Positions 38,132 through 47,499 of a stretch of 59,243 bases of DNA are shown piece by piece. Each line of letters opens with the position of its first letter. Within the stretch, counting starts at the first letter, position 1. The DNA is from a virus. Lineage: Duplodnaviria; Caudoviricetes. The notes beneath the pieces are model-generated. The model made no database searches and had not been told where the DNA came from. It saw only the letters and a program-made list of their open reading frames with translations. The position numbers were made by a program, and so were the translations under genes. The DNA lies in IMG/VR virus record IMGVR_UViG_3300022690_001351, positions 1 through 59,243 of that record. One strand, given 5' to 3'.

Positions 38132-38785
38132 TTATATTTGTGGTATAGGTGGCTGTGTTGTGCCGCCGCCACTTTCAATATGAGTATGCGGATTATAAAC
38201 ATCCCGCATATTACCAACAGTCTTACTTTGTGTTTGGAAATTATCTGTAATATCTCCATCTACTTCCAAATCACCTGTCATTTTTACCGTTGGTGCAACT
38301 ATAGTTGTATCACCTGATGTAGTTATCGTTGCTGTGGCTGCGGTTATATTAGCCGCCCCTGTTACATTTATAGTTAATGCCCCTCCAACAGTAAGATTAC
38401 CATCTCCTATAACTGTAATCTTTTGATCTTTACTGACCTTAATAATAATATTGCCGTCACTATCAAAATAAGAAAAAGTGCCTGTCAATTGATTTTGCAT
38501 AAGTACTTCCCCAGGTACTGTCTCTCCAACATCATCAGGCGTGCTTTGTTTTAAATCTCTTGTATTGCTACAAAATCCCGCTTTATTTTCTGCCTCCGCC
38601 CCAACACTTATAACTAAAACTCTATTGCCTATAGGTGGATTTGACAAAAATCCATATTGCGATTGAACATAAGCATCTTTAATTTTCCCCTTATGCTTAT
38701 ACTGCACCCTAAGATGCTGTTGATCATCTTTAAAAACATTTGTGATAACTCCTTGCGTTACCATGTTGGATATAGAATCTGGCAT
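38132..38785 (-). CDS. baseplate spike, Mu gp45/GpV-like
   Basis: QYGFLSNPP, PGEV, C-terminal YNPHTH. Confidence 0.9.
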   Translation of the reverse strand: MPDSISNMVTQGVITNVFKDDQQHLRVQYKHKGKIKDAYVQSQYGFLSNPPIGNRVLVISVGAEAENKAGFCSNTRDLKQSTPDDVGETVPGEVLMQNQLTGTFSYFDSDGNIIIKVSKDQKITVIGDGNLTVGGALTINVTGAANITAATATITTSGDTTIVAPTVKMTGDLEVDGDITDNFQTQSKTVGNMRDVYNPHTHIESGGGTTQPPIPQI

Positions 38786-38830
38786 ATAAGCATTGTACAG
38801 ATAAAAAATGAGAAATAAAGATTTTTGTAC

Positions 38831-38859
38831 TTGACAAATCGCCGCCGAGCGTGTAGTGT
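38831..38859 (+). promoter_or_regulatory. conserved-spacer promoter, copy 9
   Basis: TTGACA-AATCGCCGCCGAGCGTG-TAGTGT. Confidence 0.85.
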
Positions 38860-38888
38860 GGATTTATTAATTTTAAATAGAAATTTAT

Positions 38889-39521
38889 ATGTTTGATATA
38901 TTCAACCTTTTTTCTGAGCCTAGAAACGATATATTGGAATATACATCTAAGAAAGAAGATATTGAATTTCTTACAAAAAGATTAAAGCAATTTTATAATT
39001 TTGATGATGATAAAAAAGATTCGCATGCTTGTATGTTTTCTGTATATTTGCATAGTATAGCAAAAAAATATAAAGGTATTGTTCCTTTAGAAGATTCAGA
39101 TAAATGTAGCATAGCTATAACGCAGGAAGTTGTGCAAAAATTATCAAATATAACACCTTTTATAAATTTTCCTCAGATTGAGGATATGCAGACAATAGAT
39201 AAAATATATCCATTTAGGCATTATATATTAAATGAAAACCATGAAGTAAAAGAAAGCTCTTTAATGGAATGGGGGGCTTTTTTTAAAGATCCAAATCCAT
39301 TAAGACGTGTAAAAAGAACGCCACGATTACTATATAATCAGATATCTGTTTACACATCTTTTTTAGGCATGGAGCATGAAGGAGGTATGTTTGAAACAAT
39401 GGCTTTTTCAGATTACTATCTATGTTTTAATGAAATATGCACAAGATGCAATACATACGATGAAGCAATTAAACAGCATGATAAAGTGTGCAATGATATA
39501 TTAAGGAGTTTTAGAAATTGA
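38889..39521 (+). CDS. hypothetical protein
   Basis: 210-aa ORF after promoter. Confidence 0.7.
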   Translation: MFDIFNLFSEPRNDILEYTSKKEDIEFLTKRLKQFYNFDDDKKDSHACMFSVYLHSIAKKYKGIVPLEDSDKCSIAITQEVVQKLSNITPFINFPQIEDMQTIDKIYPFRHYILNENHEVKESSLMEWGAFFKDPNPLRRVKRTPRLLYNQISVYTSFLGMEHEGGMFETMAFSDYYLCFNEICTRCNTYDEAIKQHDKVCNDILRSFRN

Positions 39522-39586
39522 ATTATTTTTACTTTTAGTTTGGATGTGGATGCACAGATTAGCATCATTATAAAAAAGGAAATATT

Positions 39587-39880
39587 ATGACGGGTAATCA
39601 TGATATATTGCCTATGGAAAACTATCTGAAATATTTTAGCAAAGTGTATGGCTGCATCAAATGGAAAAACTGTGTCTTGACCCATATGCCTGTGGTTTTT
39701 ACTGGAGTCGATGCCTTGAATAGATTTGATTATAATATACATGGTCATTTGCATAATGAAATTTTGATGTCCCCTAGAAACTTTGTCAGCACACAACATA
39801 AATGCGTATCCTGCGAGCAGGTTAACTACACACCAATAACTTATGAGGAATTGTTTAACGGAGCTTCTCATGATAAGTAG
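39587..39880 (+). pseudogene. C-terminal half of calcineurin-like metallophosphoesterase
   Basis: GNHD, LTHMP, NIHGHLH motifs present; DxH and GD motifs absent; in-frame TAG at 39560. Confidence 0.65.
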
Positions 39881-40115
39881 CGCCATGACTTTGATAGTTT
39901 TAAATAATTCAGGACATAACTTTGATTGGAGGATAAGCCTTTTTTTATTAATAATTTCAAGCTCATTTCTTTTATATGCTATATGGCATTGTTGGGGTAG
40001 CTATGTAACAATTATAGTTTTCTTAACATGTATGATTATTACTATGCTATATGGAATAGATTCTCATAATACCGCTATCGAGGAGTATGTTTATGCCCTT
40101 CAGCAAAGAAACTAA
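39870..40115 (+). CDS. small membrane protein
   Basis: GGAG RBS, two TM segments. Confidence 0.55.
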   Translation: MISSAMTLIVLNNSGHNFDWRISLFLLIISSSFLLYAIWHCWGSYVTIIVFLTCMIITMLYGIDSHNTAIEEYVYALQQRN

Positions 40116-40908
40116 AATCCCGCTATTAGATGGTCAACAGCGTTCATTAGAAGAGTTGTCAAAAAGAGATAAACCGTTTTGTGTATATACCTGCAAGCAA
40201 AATGGAGATATAACTTGTGCATATGCAACGGCAAAGTTGGTCAAAGAAAATGCTGAATTAATAAAAGTGACTTTAGATAATAACAAAGAAATAACTTGCA
40301 CGCCAGACATCAGGTTTGTATTAACTGATGGTACTCATTTAAATGCAAAGGATATATGTTCATGTATTTTTTATGATCAGTATTTACGGCAATTTACATT
40401 AAAAAGTCTCCACAAATATTTTGCTATACAACAATGGAAATTCAGTTCTCTCATGAAGATCCATCATCTTGTTGAGGAATCAGGATTATTAGGGGAAAGA
40501 CCGATCTTTGACAATCAAATAACAGAAATTCACCATAAAGATTTTAATAGGTATAATAACGACCCAAGCAATTTACAGTTTATAGGCGATAAAGACCATC
40601 GCTTATTACATAAAGATCGTTATCCACGAATTTATTCAGTCTTTGAAATTAACATGCATAGAATAATAATTGCGGGAAATGCAATTGAATCTATAGAAAA
40701 ACCAGAAACAAAATTAAAAAAAGTTGCCAAGATGGGGGTAAGACATTTATCTGCTTTATATATAAATAGACAGCACGAATTGCGCATGAAAATGAATAGT
40801 AACAAGGATAATGATGGCAACAAGGATGTGTACACTTTAATCGTTGAAGGCTATGACACCTTTGCTATAAGTGCAGGTGTATTTGTTAAAACCCAACCAA
40901 AGGATTGA
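40087..40908 (+). CDS. free-standing Hint (intein)-HNH protein lacking splicing residues
   Basis: Intein blocks A, B, F and G plus HHKDFNRYNN..NL HNH; no exteins. Confidence 0.8.
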   Translation: MFMPFSKETKIPLLDGQQRSLEELSKRDKPFCVYTCKQNGDITCAYATAKLVKENAELIKVTLDNNKEITCTPDIRFVLTDGTHLNAKDICSCIFYDQYLRQFTLKSLHKYFAIQQWKFSSLMKIHHLVEESGLLGERPIFDNQITEIHHKDFNRYNNDPSNLQFIGDKDHRLLHKDRYPRIYSVFEINMHRIIIAGNAIESIEKPETKLKKVAKMGVRHLSALYINRQHELRMKMNSNKDNDGNKDVYTLIVEGYDTFAISAGVFVKTQPKD

Positions 40909-41117
40909 TTATGACTGAAATTGCTTACCTACTATTTATACTACAAGCTGCTAATGAGAAGCGTAAGGCTACTTATAAGGCTGCTTGTAATGAATATGGT
41001 TCGGAGTATAGAGATTTGTTTAATGAATATGTAGTTGCCGAAAATGAATATCAGGATGTTTATGAGAAATACGAGGAATGTAGAAAACGATTATCTAAAA
41101 CCCACCAATCTGATTAG
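40905..41117 (+). CDS. hypothetical protein
   Basis: AAGGA RBS. Confidence 0.55.
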   Translation: MIMTEIAYLLFILQAANEKRKATYKAACNEYGSEYRDLFNEYVVAENEYQDVYEKYEECRKRLSKTHQSD

Positions 41118-42219
41118 CATTAGCATCTCTGGCGTCCTGCTCGGCTTGTAGGCTATATGCATCCTTGACTACAAACTCAAGAGTTGTGGTTGCTCCGTTC
41201 TGATTAGACAGATTGTAGGTTACTGATTTAATAAGCATTTGTGCACGTATTCCATCTTCCTCTACAACATCATCATTGATATTTACCAAGAAATTTGGCT
41301 CCCATACGAAGCCGTCCTTTTCAGCTAGGAATCCGACTACGGTTGCCGCGTAGGTTCGGCTCTTGGCTCTTTCAAAGTTTTGCTTCCAGACGGCACGCTG
41401 TGTAGATGTTTGATCGTCTGAGGCGGACTCAGCATTGATTACAAGCGTTCTTGATCTACGAATTGCATTATCAGTTGATACACCTTTTCTATTTGTTGCA
41501 ACCTCACCATCTGTTACGCTTCCTGTAGGATTAGCACTATAATTATCAGCAGATTTTACTATATATTTATGGAATATATTTGAATGGTCATCATCAAGTT
41601 CTGAGGCTAACACATTGTTATTAGTACCATTCTCTACATGGATTAAATGAGTTTTGATAGTTCGTCCTAAGCCTCTTGTTATAACTATATTACCTAATCC
41701 ATTTGTAGTTATCAAAACCTGTCTTTTTTTAGCAAGCTTTTCAATAAAGGCAAATGCCTTGGTATCAGTCTCAGTTGCCTCAATCTCCTGTCCGTTAAAA
41801 TCAACAATGCCACCACTGGCATCTATAACCTGTATTCTCTCGGATGGCTCTAAATCAGCCTGTACATCCTCAATGACTCGTTCTATAATTGTTTTTAAAC
41901 TAACAGTACCTGTAAATGACAAATCGCCTTGTAAACTAGAATCAATAAAGTCTGCTATTTTACCACGTCCGCTTAAAGTGATAACATTTGAATCAGCCGT
42001 AACTCTGGCTCGACGCTTCTCTACAAAGCCAGTTAAGACAGTTTTACTTTCAAGTTTTACTGCAACCCTATCGCCGACTCTGATAGGAAATTTCTGTCCT
42101 TGTTTTTTTGTTGCAGAAAATTGAAACACGCCTGATCCAGTATCAATTGACCTCGTGACTGAGATTCCATCGAACCCTGTAAACGGAATTGAATTAACTT
42201 CTAAAATAACTTTTGACAT
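41095..42219 (-). CDS. baseplate hub, Mu gpP/gp44-like
   Basis: FTGFDGISVTRSID, LTGFVE, SGRGKIADFIDSS, WEPNFLV motifs. Confidence 0.9.
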   Translation of the reverse strand: MSKVILEVNSIPFTGFDGISVTRSIDTGSGVFQFSATKKQGQKFPIRVGDRVAVKLESKTVLTGFVEKRRARVTADSNVITLSGRGKIADFIDSSLQGDLSFTGTVSLKTIIERVIEDVQADLEPSERIQVIDASGGIVDFNGQEIEATETDTKAFAFIEKLAKKRQVLITTNGLGNIVITRGLGRTIKTHLIHVENGTNNNVLASELDDDHSNIFHKYIVKSADNYSANPTGSVTDGEVATNRKGVSTDNAIRRSRTLVINAESASDDQTSTQRAVWKQNFERAKSRTYAATVVGFLAEKDGFVWEPNFLVNINDDVVEEDGIRAQMLIKSVTYNLSNQNGATTTLEFVVKDAYSLQAEQDARDANANQIGGF

Positions 42220-42285
42220 AGAGATAATTTAATATACTATAAAAAAATCCTCCGCTGTTTATTTAGGGGATTATTAGTATAAAGA

Positions 42286-42320
42286 GAACCCAGCGCGGCT
42301 AATGGTCTGTTGGGTTTTTT
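42286..42320. terminator. possible bidirectional terminator
   Basis: AACCCAGC/GTTGGGTT stem, T-run on plus strand and CTCTTT on minus strand. Confidence 0.45.
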
Positions 42321-42324
42321 ATAT

Positions 42325-42519
42325 CTAACTATTATCTTTTAAATCATTTTGTTTTTCAAGTATACGTTCTTCCTTTTCCAGAGCTTTGTCAATTAAATCT
42401 CTGACCCAAGTTGACATGGTATAGTTTTTAGTGAATACAATCTTTTTAATCCTATCACGCACACCAGCACGGGCATTGATTAAGATTGTATCTGGAAATT
42501 GAATAGGTTTTATTGACAT
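42325..42519 (-). CDS. ribbon-helix-helix-like protein
   Basis: TMSTWVRDLIDKAL helix; AAGGA RBS. Confidence 0.6.
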   Translation of the reverse strand: MSIKPIQFPDTILINARAGVRDRIKKIVFTKNYTMSTWVRDLIDKALEKEERILEKQNDLKDNS

Positions 42520-42546
42520 ATTATATCCTTATAAATTATAAGATAA

Positions 42547-43296
42547 TTAAGCGGCATATTGTCGCGCACGTTTGAAAAAGTTACGCTGTGTCATTTTTGA
42601 AGAGGTATCAATCATTGATGTATCTGTTGCATCAACAATATCAAACTTAATCCAATCACCTTTTGCTGTAACCTTGGCAAGTAAATATTCACTGTGCGAA
42701 TATTTATATTCCTGACTGAAAGTCAAGTCGCTTGCTCCTTCCACCCCTGATCGTTTATCATAAATTGGTTTATCTAAAATTACAACTTCATCAACTGCTA
42801 CATCTGCAATGTCAGAGGCAATGGAGTGTTCCGCAGATAGAATTGAGTCACGTGACCGCAACGCTTCTTTAAGTTGCAATTCCTTTTTTTCACTTTTATC
42901 TAAAATTCTTGCCCCGTGTTTTTTCAGTAAATCTTGAACTTCTTTTGATTTGTTTTTTCCTGTTTCTGCTACTGTTATTCCAGCATTAGTTGCGACTGTT
43001 ACTGACGCACCCTTTTTAATTAATAACTCAACCAGCTCTATATTGTCTTTAATTACAGCATAAAGAAGCGGGGAATGGCCGTGGCTAGTTTGAATATTAA
43101 CGTCTGCTCCATGTTGAACCAGTAATCTTGCTACTTCAAATTGTCCCTTTGAACACATTAATAGAAGCGGCGAATCGCCAAGTTCGTCTATATTATTAAT
43201 ATCACTTAGACTTGCGGTTTTTAGCCATTCTTCTACTTTAACAAGTTGTTTTTTTTCGCCACGTAAAGTATTAAATAATTGTTTTAAATTAGGCAT
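42547..43296 (-). CDS. ankyrin repeat protein with unrelated C-terminal domain
   Basis: GDSPLL...GADVN, GHSPLLYAV...GASV repeats. Confidence 0.9.
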   Translation of the reverse strand: MPNLKQLFNTLRGEKKQLVKVEEWLKTASLSDINNIDELGDSPLLLMCSKGQFEVARLLVQHGADVNIQTSHGHSPLLYAVIKDNIELVELLIKKGASVTVATNAGITVAETGKNKSKEVQDLLKKHGARILDKSEKKELQLKEALRSRDSILSAEHSIASDIADVAVDEVVILDKPIYDKRSGVEGASDLTFSQEYKYSHSEYLLAKVTAKGDWIKFDIVDATDTSMIDTSSKMTQRNFFKRARQYAA

Positions 43297-43496
43297 TGTA
43301 GTTCTCCGTTAAATTAAAAATTGTTGTGCGCTATATTCATTATAATAGCAGAATAAAAACCTACGTCAACACTTATTTAAAAAAAATATAAAAAAAATAT
43401 AAAAAAAATATAAGTTACTAGTTGACTTTTTATTTAACCCTGCTATTATATAATTATAACCAACAATTTTTAATTTAACGGAGAACTACAATGCCT
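43291..43496. repeat. perfect 36-bp inverted repeat (43291-43326 / 43461-43496) around two divergent promoters
   Basis: CAACAATTTTTAATTTAACGGAGAACTACAATGCCT on both strands. Confidence 0.9.
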
Positions 43497-43910
43497 TATT
43501 TAAAACAAAAGGATAAAGGTGCGCCGTTCGCATATCAAAGATGGTTGGATTCTGCATTCAAGCCTTTATATCTAGCACATGAATGGGAGAATTCACCTAG
43601 CAGTAACTGGGAGGCAGATGATATATTCATTTATACAGATGATAATGACTGGGCAAAGATGGATTGCATGCAACACTTTTATTACGAGAACGATATAAAC
43701 ATTGAAAATCCCCCGACGAGCGAGGATGATTTTATAAATTGGTTTAGCGTACCCGAACCATTATATTTGCATCTCAAACAATGTGGTGCAGTCGTGGGGT
43801 GGTGCAATGAATTATATTTATTTGGTTGGGTAAATAATGATTACATCACACCATATTTAAAATGTACGGATGAAATTCCGCATTTAAAAAATGCGTTCCA
43901 AGCAACATAA
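43491..43910 (+). CDS. acidic hypothetical protein
   Basis: GGAG RBS, own promoter, Asp/Glu/aromatic-rich. Confidence 0.7.
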   Translation: MPYLKQKDKGAPFAYQRWLDSAFKPLYLAHEWENSPSSNWEADDIFIYTDDNDWAKMDCMQHFYYENDINIENPPTSEDDFINWFSVPEPLYLHLKQCGAVVGWCNELYLFGWVNNDYITPYLKCTDEIPHLKNAFQAT

Positions 43911-43916
43911 CATACG

Positions 43917-43938
43917 AAGGGGGTAACCCCCCCCCCTT
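43917..43938. terminator. G/C hairpin between convergent genes
   Basis: AAGGGGG...CCCCCTT. Confidence 0.55.
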
Positions 43939-45274
43939 ACGATACCCCCCCAACATTAGTCAAGATATCAACATCACCTGTTATAAAGCTCAAATTATCA
44001 AAATCATTAAGATCGATTATAGCATCCAGTTGATCAAGATTACCATAAAACTCATGTGTAAATACCGTTGCAGGAATAAGATTAGTTTCTACTGTAGTTA
44101 TTTTAGGTGTGCTTACTGATTCTTGTTCAAAGAATTTCCGCATCTCATTTCTTAATGCTGACAATTGAATTCTAGGCTTTATAGTAATTTGTGAAGTATC
44201 CTCATTAATTTTCTGATATTGAGCCTCAAGACTATCTTGCACGTCCTGTAATTGCTTATCATTTTTATATTGTTTCTGTGACGCAAACTGATAGCTCTCT
44301 GCCAATGCTCCCATTTGCATATTATTATTAAGAACAATCCTGTTGTTTATTCTTTCTATTCTGTCCTGTGTTGTGGGCTGTATAGGCACGTCATCATCAC
44401 CAAAGGTAAGCATGGGCTTGTATAGATCAAGACCTGCTTCTGGCGAGCTAGCCGTCCTGCTCGCCGCATCAAATAAACCTATAAAATCATTACCCAAATC
44501 AAAAGCTTTTAAGATATTTGGATTAATCGCGATCACAAAACTCTCAAGAATTGATTGGAAGTCTGATGTTTCTGACAATTGATTAAGTACTTCAATGCCG
44601 CCGACTTGTTCTACTAAAGTCTCAAAAGTTGTTGTAATAGATAAATCTTCAATGCCAGGCAATGAGGCTAGTCCACCAATTCCTCTGATTAGCCCTTGAA
44701 TACCACCAGTTTGTATTGATTCAACTGATGTAACAAAAGTCTCTGCTACACTCAAAAGCTTTTGCTGGGCATCCGAAAAATTAACAACTTTACCATTAGG
44801 ATTGACCCATTCATTCGCAATGTTATTTGATATAGAGTTGAGTACATTTTGCCTACCTTGATTGATTTTAGGTAGATTGTCTGCACTTTCCTCTGGAAAT
44901 ATACTGAGATCAGCTTTTATAAATGTTACTGTAAAATCTGCTATGCCGCCCCTCGATGTTTCCTCTCTTAATGAGTAAGTGGAAACAAAAACATTATGGT
45001 CTCCAAGCTCATGATGTTCTAAAAGCCCTCTGCCCTTTGTATTTAATGCGGTTCTGAAGTCATCACGCTTTTGGATATAATCAGCTCCAGTCCCATGTAT
45101 TCTTAAGGTCAATGCAAATGTATCCTGTAACAGTCCCAAGTCTTGAGTATCACGTCGATCAGTATTTGGGTATTCATGCACAATTAATTTGCGTCCACTT
45201 GTTACGCTGCTGCTTACAGGCAAGCAAGGCACGCCTCTAAATTTACATTGTTGGAATTGTCTAAATATTGTCAT
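43937..45274 (-). CDS. Mu gpN-like DNA circularisation/tail protein
   Basis: FRGVP, GRKLIVHEYP, DLG, G.LEH motifs; C-terminal PATV...FYG. Confidence 0.9.
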   Translation of the reverse strand: MTIFRQFQQCKFRGVPCLPVSSSVTSGRKLIVHEYPNTDRRDTQDLGLLQDTFALTLRIHGTGADYIQKRDDFRTALNTKGRGLLEHHELGDHNVFVSTYSLREETSRGGIADFTVTFIKADLSIFPEESADNLPKINQGRQNVLNSISNNIANEWVNPNGKVVNFSDAQQKLLSVAETFVTSVESIQTGGIQGLIRGIGGLASLPGIEDLSITTTFETLVEQVGGIEVLNQLSETSDFQSILESFVIAINPNILKAFDLGNDFIGLFDAASRTASSPEAGLDLYKPMLTFGDDDVPIQPTTQDRIERINNRIVLNNNMQMGALAESYQFASQKQYKNDKQLQDVQDSLEAQYQKINEDTSQITIKPRIQLSALRNEMRKFFEQESVSTPKITTVETNLIPATVFTHEFYGNLDQLDAIIDLNDFDNLSFITGDVDILTNVGGVS

Positions 45275-45282
45275 AATAGGGG

Positions 45283-45311
45283 ATTGTAACCCAGTTTATA
45301 AGAAAAATCAA
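45283..45311 (-). promoter_or_regulatory. sigma70 promoter for gpN-like gene
   Basis: TTGATT-17-TACAAT, ATG 8 nt downstream. Confidence 0.6.
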
Positions 45312-45329
45312 AATAATTATAATTTGTAG

Positions 45330-45436
45330 TTGACAAGTCACCACATAACATGTAGTATCTAGTTATTATCAACAGACGCAATCGCAGTTACAGGTTTAAT
45401 CCGCTCAACTGATGCTTTGCTAAGTGATATAAATTA
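45330..45436 (+). repeat. promoter copy 10 plus leader, direct repeat of 24185..24291
   Basis: TTGACA-AGTCACCACATAACATG-TAGTAT and identical leader. Confidence 0.9.
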
Positions 45437-45464
45437 TTTAACTAACTTTAATTTGGAGACTATT

Positions 45465-45644
45465 ATGATACGTTATAGAAACAATTGCGAACACTGCAAT
45501 ACTGCTGAACATGAATATGCCATAGCTGATGAAATATACGAGTCTATATCTAGTATCAATGAAACGGATGCAGACAAAAAGAAAATTAGAGCAGCTTGCC
45601 TTGCTTACGAGGATGCTCTTAAAAATTGTAAGGAATGTTCTTAA
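45465..45644 (+). CDS. small protein with two CxxC motifs
   Basis: GGAG RBS; CEHC and CKEC. Confidence 0.6.
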   Translation: MIRYRNNCEHCNTAEHEYAIADEIYESISSINETDADKKKIRAACLAYEDALKNCKECS

Positions 45645-45753
45645 ATTTATGGACTTGTTTAATCACATATTTAAGGGTCTGGGATATTCTCACAACCAAA
45701 CAATCTAGGCTTTAAAGCAAGTTCATTTAACTTTAATTAATAGGAGAACTACA

Positions 45754-46236
45754 ATGACTGATTATAATAAATATTTTTTTGATCTTTTAGTAAATGGATC
45801 AAAATATGATGACGAACAATATAATTATAAGCAGCCTACGCTTATGATGAGCAAAGCTACTAATATACCATCAGCACCTGTTAAAATGGAATGCGCGGTA
45901 CGTATTCATAATCAACTTAAGGACTTTTTAAATATCGCTGATTTTAAAGGATTTAAATTAGAGCATGCTCATTTGACTTTTATCCAAGATAGTAAGTTAG
46001 TTAAACTAGTAAATTGTATTATGATGTTACACGATAATATGCCAACAATCGAATTAATAACCAACTCAATAAATATGAATATGAGTATGAGTCACAACAT
46101 GACTGTTGAATGGCTTACTGAGTTTAGCGGTTATTTAAAAAGAGATTATTGTGAATTAGAAAAATATAAAATAGGAAGTCTTGAATATATTAAAATTATA
46201 AAAAAAGCTATTAATGATTTTGGAGAATTAAAATGA
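45754..46236 (+). CDS. hypothetical protein
   Basis: GGAGAACTACAATG start context identical to the 36-bp repeat. Confidence 0.7.
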   Translation: MTDYNKYFFDLLVNGSKYDDEQYNYKQPTLMMSKATNIPSAPVKMECAVRIHNQLKDFLNIADFKGFKLEHAHLTFIQDSKLVKLVNCIMMLHDNMPTIELITNSINMNMSMSHNMTVEWLTEFSGYLKRDYCELEKYKIGSLEYIKIIKKAINDFGELK

Positions 46237-46475
46237 CTGATTTAAAAACAATTAAAGAAATAAAAGATCAAATCCATGAAGCTATAGCTCGTTTACAAGA
46301 TTATTGTAAAGCTATAAATAATAGAGAGATTAAAGCGTCAGTAGATATGGTTGATGAAATACAATACTTTTTAGACTACATAGGTGTTGATGCAGTGACT
46401 TTAACAAAATGTATATCTGAAATATCTGATTTTCAGACGAAATGTCTTAAAGATAAGAATGAGAATGAAAAATGA
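46233..46475 (+). CDS. hypothetical protein
   Basis: GGAG RBS, ATGA overlap. Confidence 0.65.
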   Translation: MTDLKTIKEIKDQIHEAIARLQDYCKAINNREIKASVDMVDEIQYFLDYIGVDAVTLTKCISEISDFQTKCLKDKNENEK

Positions 46476-46903
46476 GCATCATATCAAAAGAAAAAATTGA
46501 AAAGCTTTCGATAGAAGAGATTGAAGCATGTATCAAAGATACAAAAAAACAAATGGAATTTAGGAAGGGCGAGCCATACGTCCATATACATGGTCTTGGA
46601 GATGGTTTTAATTTGCTTGAAGAGGCATTAAAAATATGTGAAGAAGTTCTCAAAGAAAAACAGATGCCAATGACTGCTAGGACAAAATTTAATGACAGAA
46701 ATTTTTTACTCGCAATTGATCGCGTTGAAGATGATCTATTAAAATTAGTTTCATTTATGGTTAAAATAATTAACGGTCAGGTTGAGCCAACAAAAGCGAT
46801 AATTAAACCATTAAAAATCTTTACAAAAGAATTACAGTATTGTGCAAAGGAATTTCCGTCTCGAATAGAACAGATAAAACAGATAATCAAGAAATTGAAA
46901 TAG
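46472..46903 (+). CDS. hypothetical protein
   Basis: ATGA overlap. Confidence 0.65.
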   Translation: MSIISKEKIEKLSIEEIEACIKDTKKQMEFRKGEPYVHIHGLGDGFNLLEEALKICEEVLKEKQMPMTARTKFNDRNFLLAIDRVEDDLLKLVSFMVKIINGQVEPTKAIIKPLKIFTKELQYCAKEFPSRIEQIKQIIKKLK

Positions 46904-46916
46904 AAGGAGAAAGGCG

Positions 46917-47216
46917 ATGATACGGAACGGAGATGATAGTAGTTCTGTAGAGGGAGGGGGGGTAGCTCAAACTCTTACGCGTTCTACAGGTAATAATATA
47001 GCAGTTAATATCACTGTTAATATTAATGTAAAAGATACAGCAGAAACTAATATTTTTGATGGTTTAGTAAATAAAATATGTAATAAGATATTAAGAAATA
47101 AAGAAATAAAACAGTTATCAGAAAAAGAATCTTTATATTTAGAAACTGTAGTAAAAGATGCTTTGACAGGTACATATGCACAATTAACTGAAAATATTGA
47201 GGAAAACAATGACTAA
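46917..47216 (+). CDS. hypothetical protein
   Basis: AAGGAG RBS. Confidence 0.6.
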   Translation: MIRNGDDSSSVEGGGVAQTLTRSTGNNIAVNITVNINVKDTAETNIFDGLVNKICNKILRNKEIKQLSEKESLYLETVVKDALTGTYAQLTENIEENND

Positions 47217-47469
47217 TAATAAAAATAAGTTTTTTGCTTATGAGATAATAGCTTTGAAAGATAAAGGAGACAGCTTTATACCTTGTAATGAAACGGAAGT
47301 AGAGATATGGGGTCTATTCGGCGTTCTTTATGAGGGCAAAAAGCATGTAACATTAGAGCGAATATATGCAAGTCCTGATCTAAAGGATTGCACAGCAACG
47401 CACTATCGCATTACTGGGCATAAGGACTATTATTTAAGTATGGTGGAGGAAGGCGACGATGATGACTAA
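47209..47469 (+). CDS. hypothetical protein, paralog of 5168..5491
   Basis: GAGGA RBS before MTNNK. Confidence 0.65.
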   Translation: MTNNKNKFFAYEIIALKDKGDSFIPCNETEVEIWGLFGVLYEGKKHVTLERIYASPDLKDCTATHYRITGHKDYYLSMVEEGDDDD

Positions 47470-47499
47470 GCTGTGGCGATATAAAAAAGAATTGAAGAA

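Noticed and set aside
4003-45358. Repeated 29-bp motif as CRISPR repeats or att sites
   Set aside because: Copies are dispersed kilobases apart, have -35/-10 geometry, and no cas or integrase gene is present
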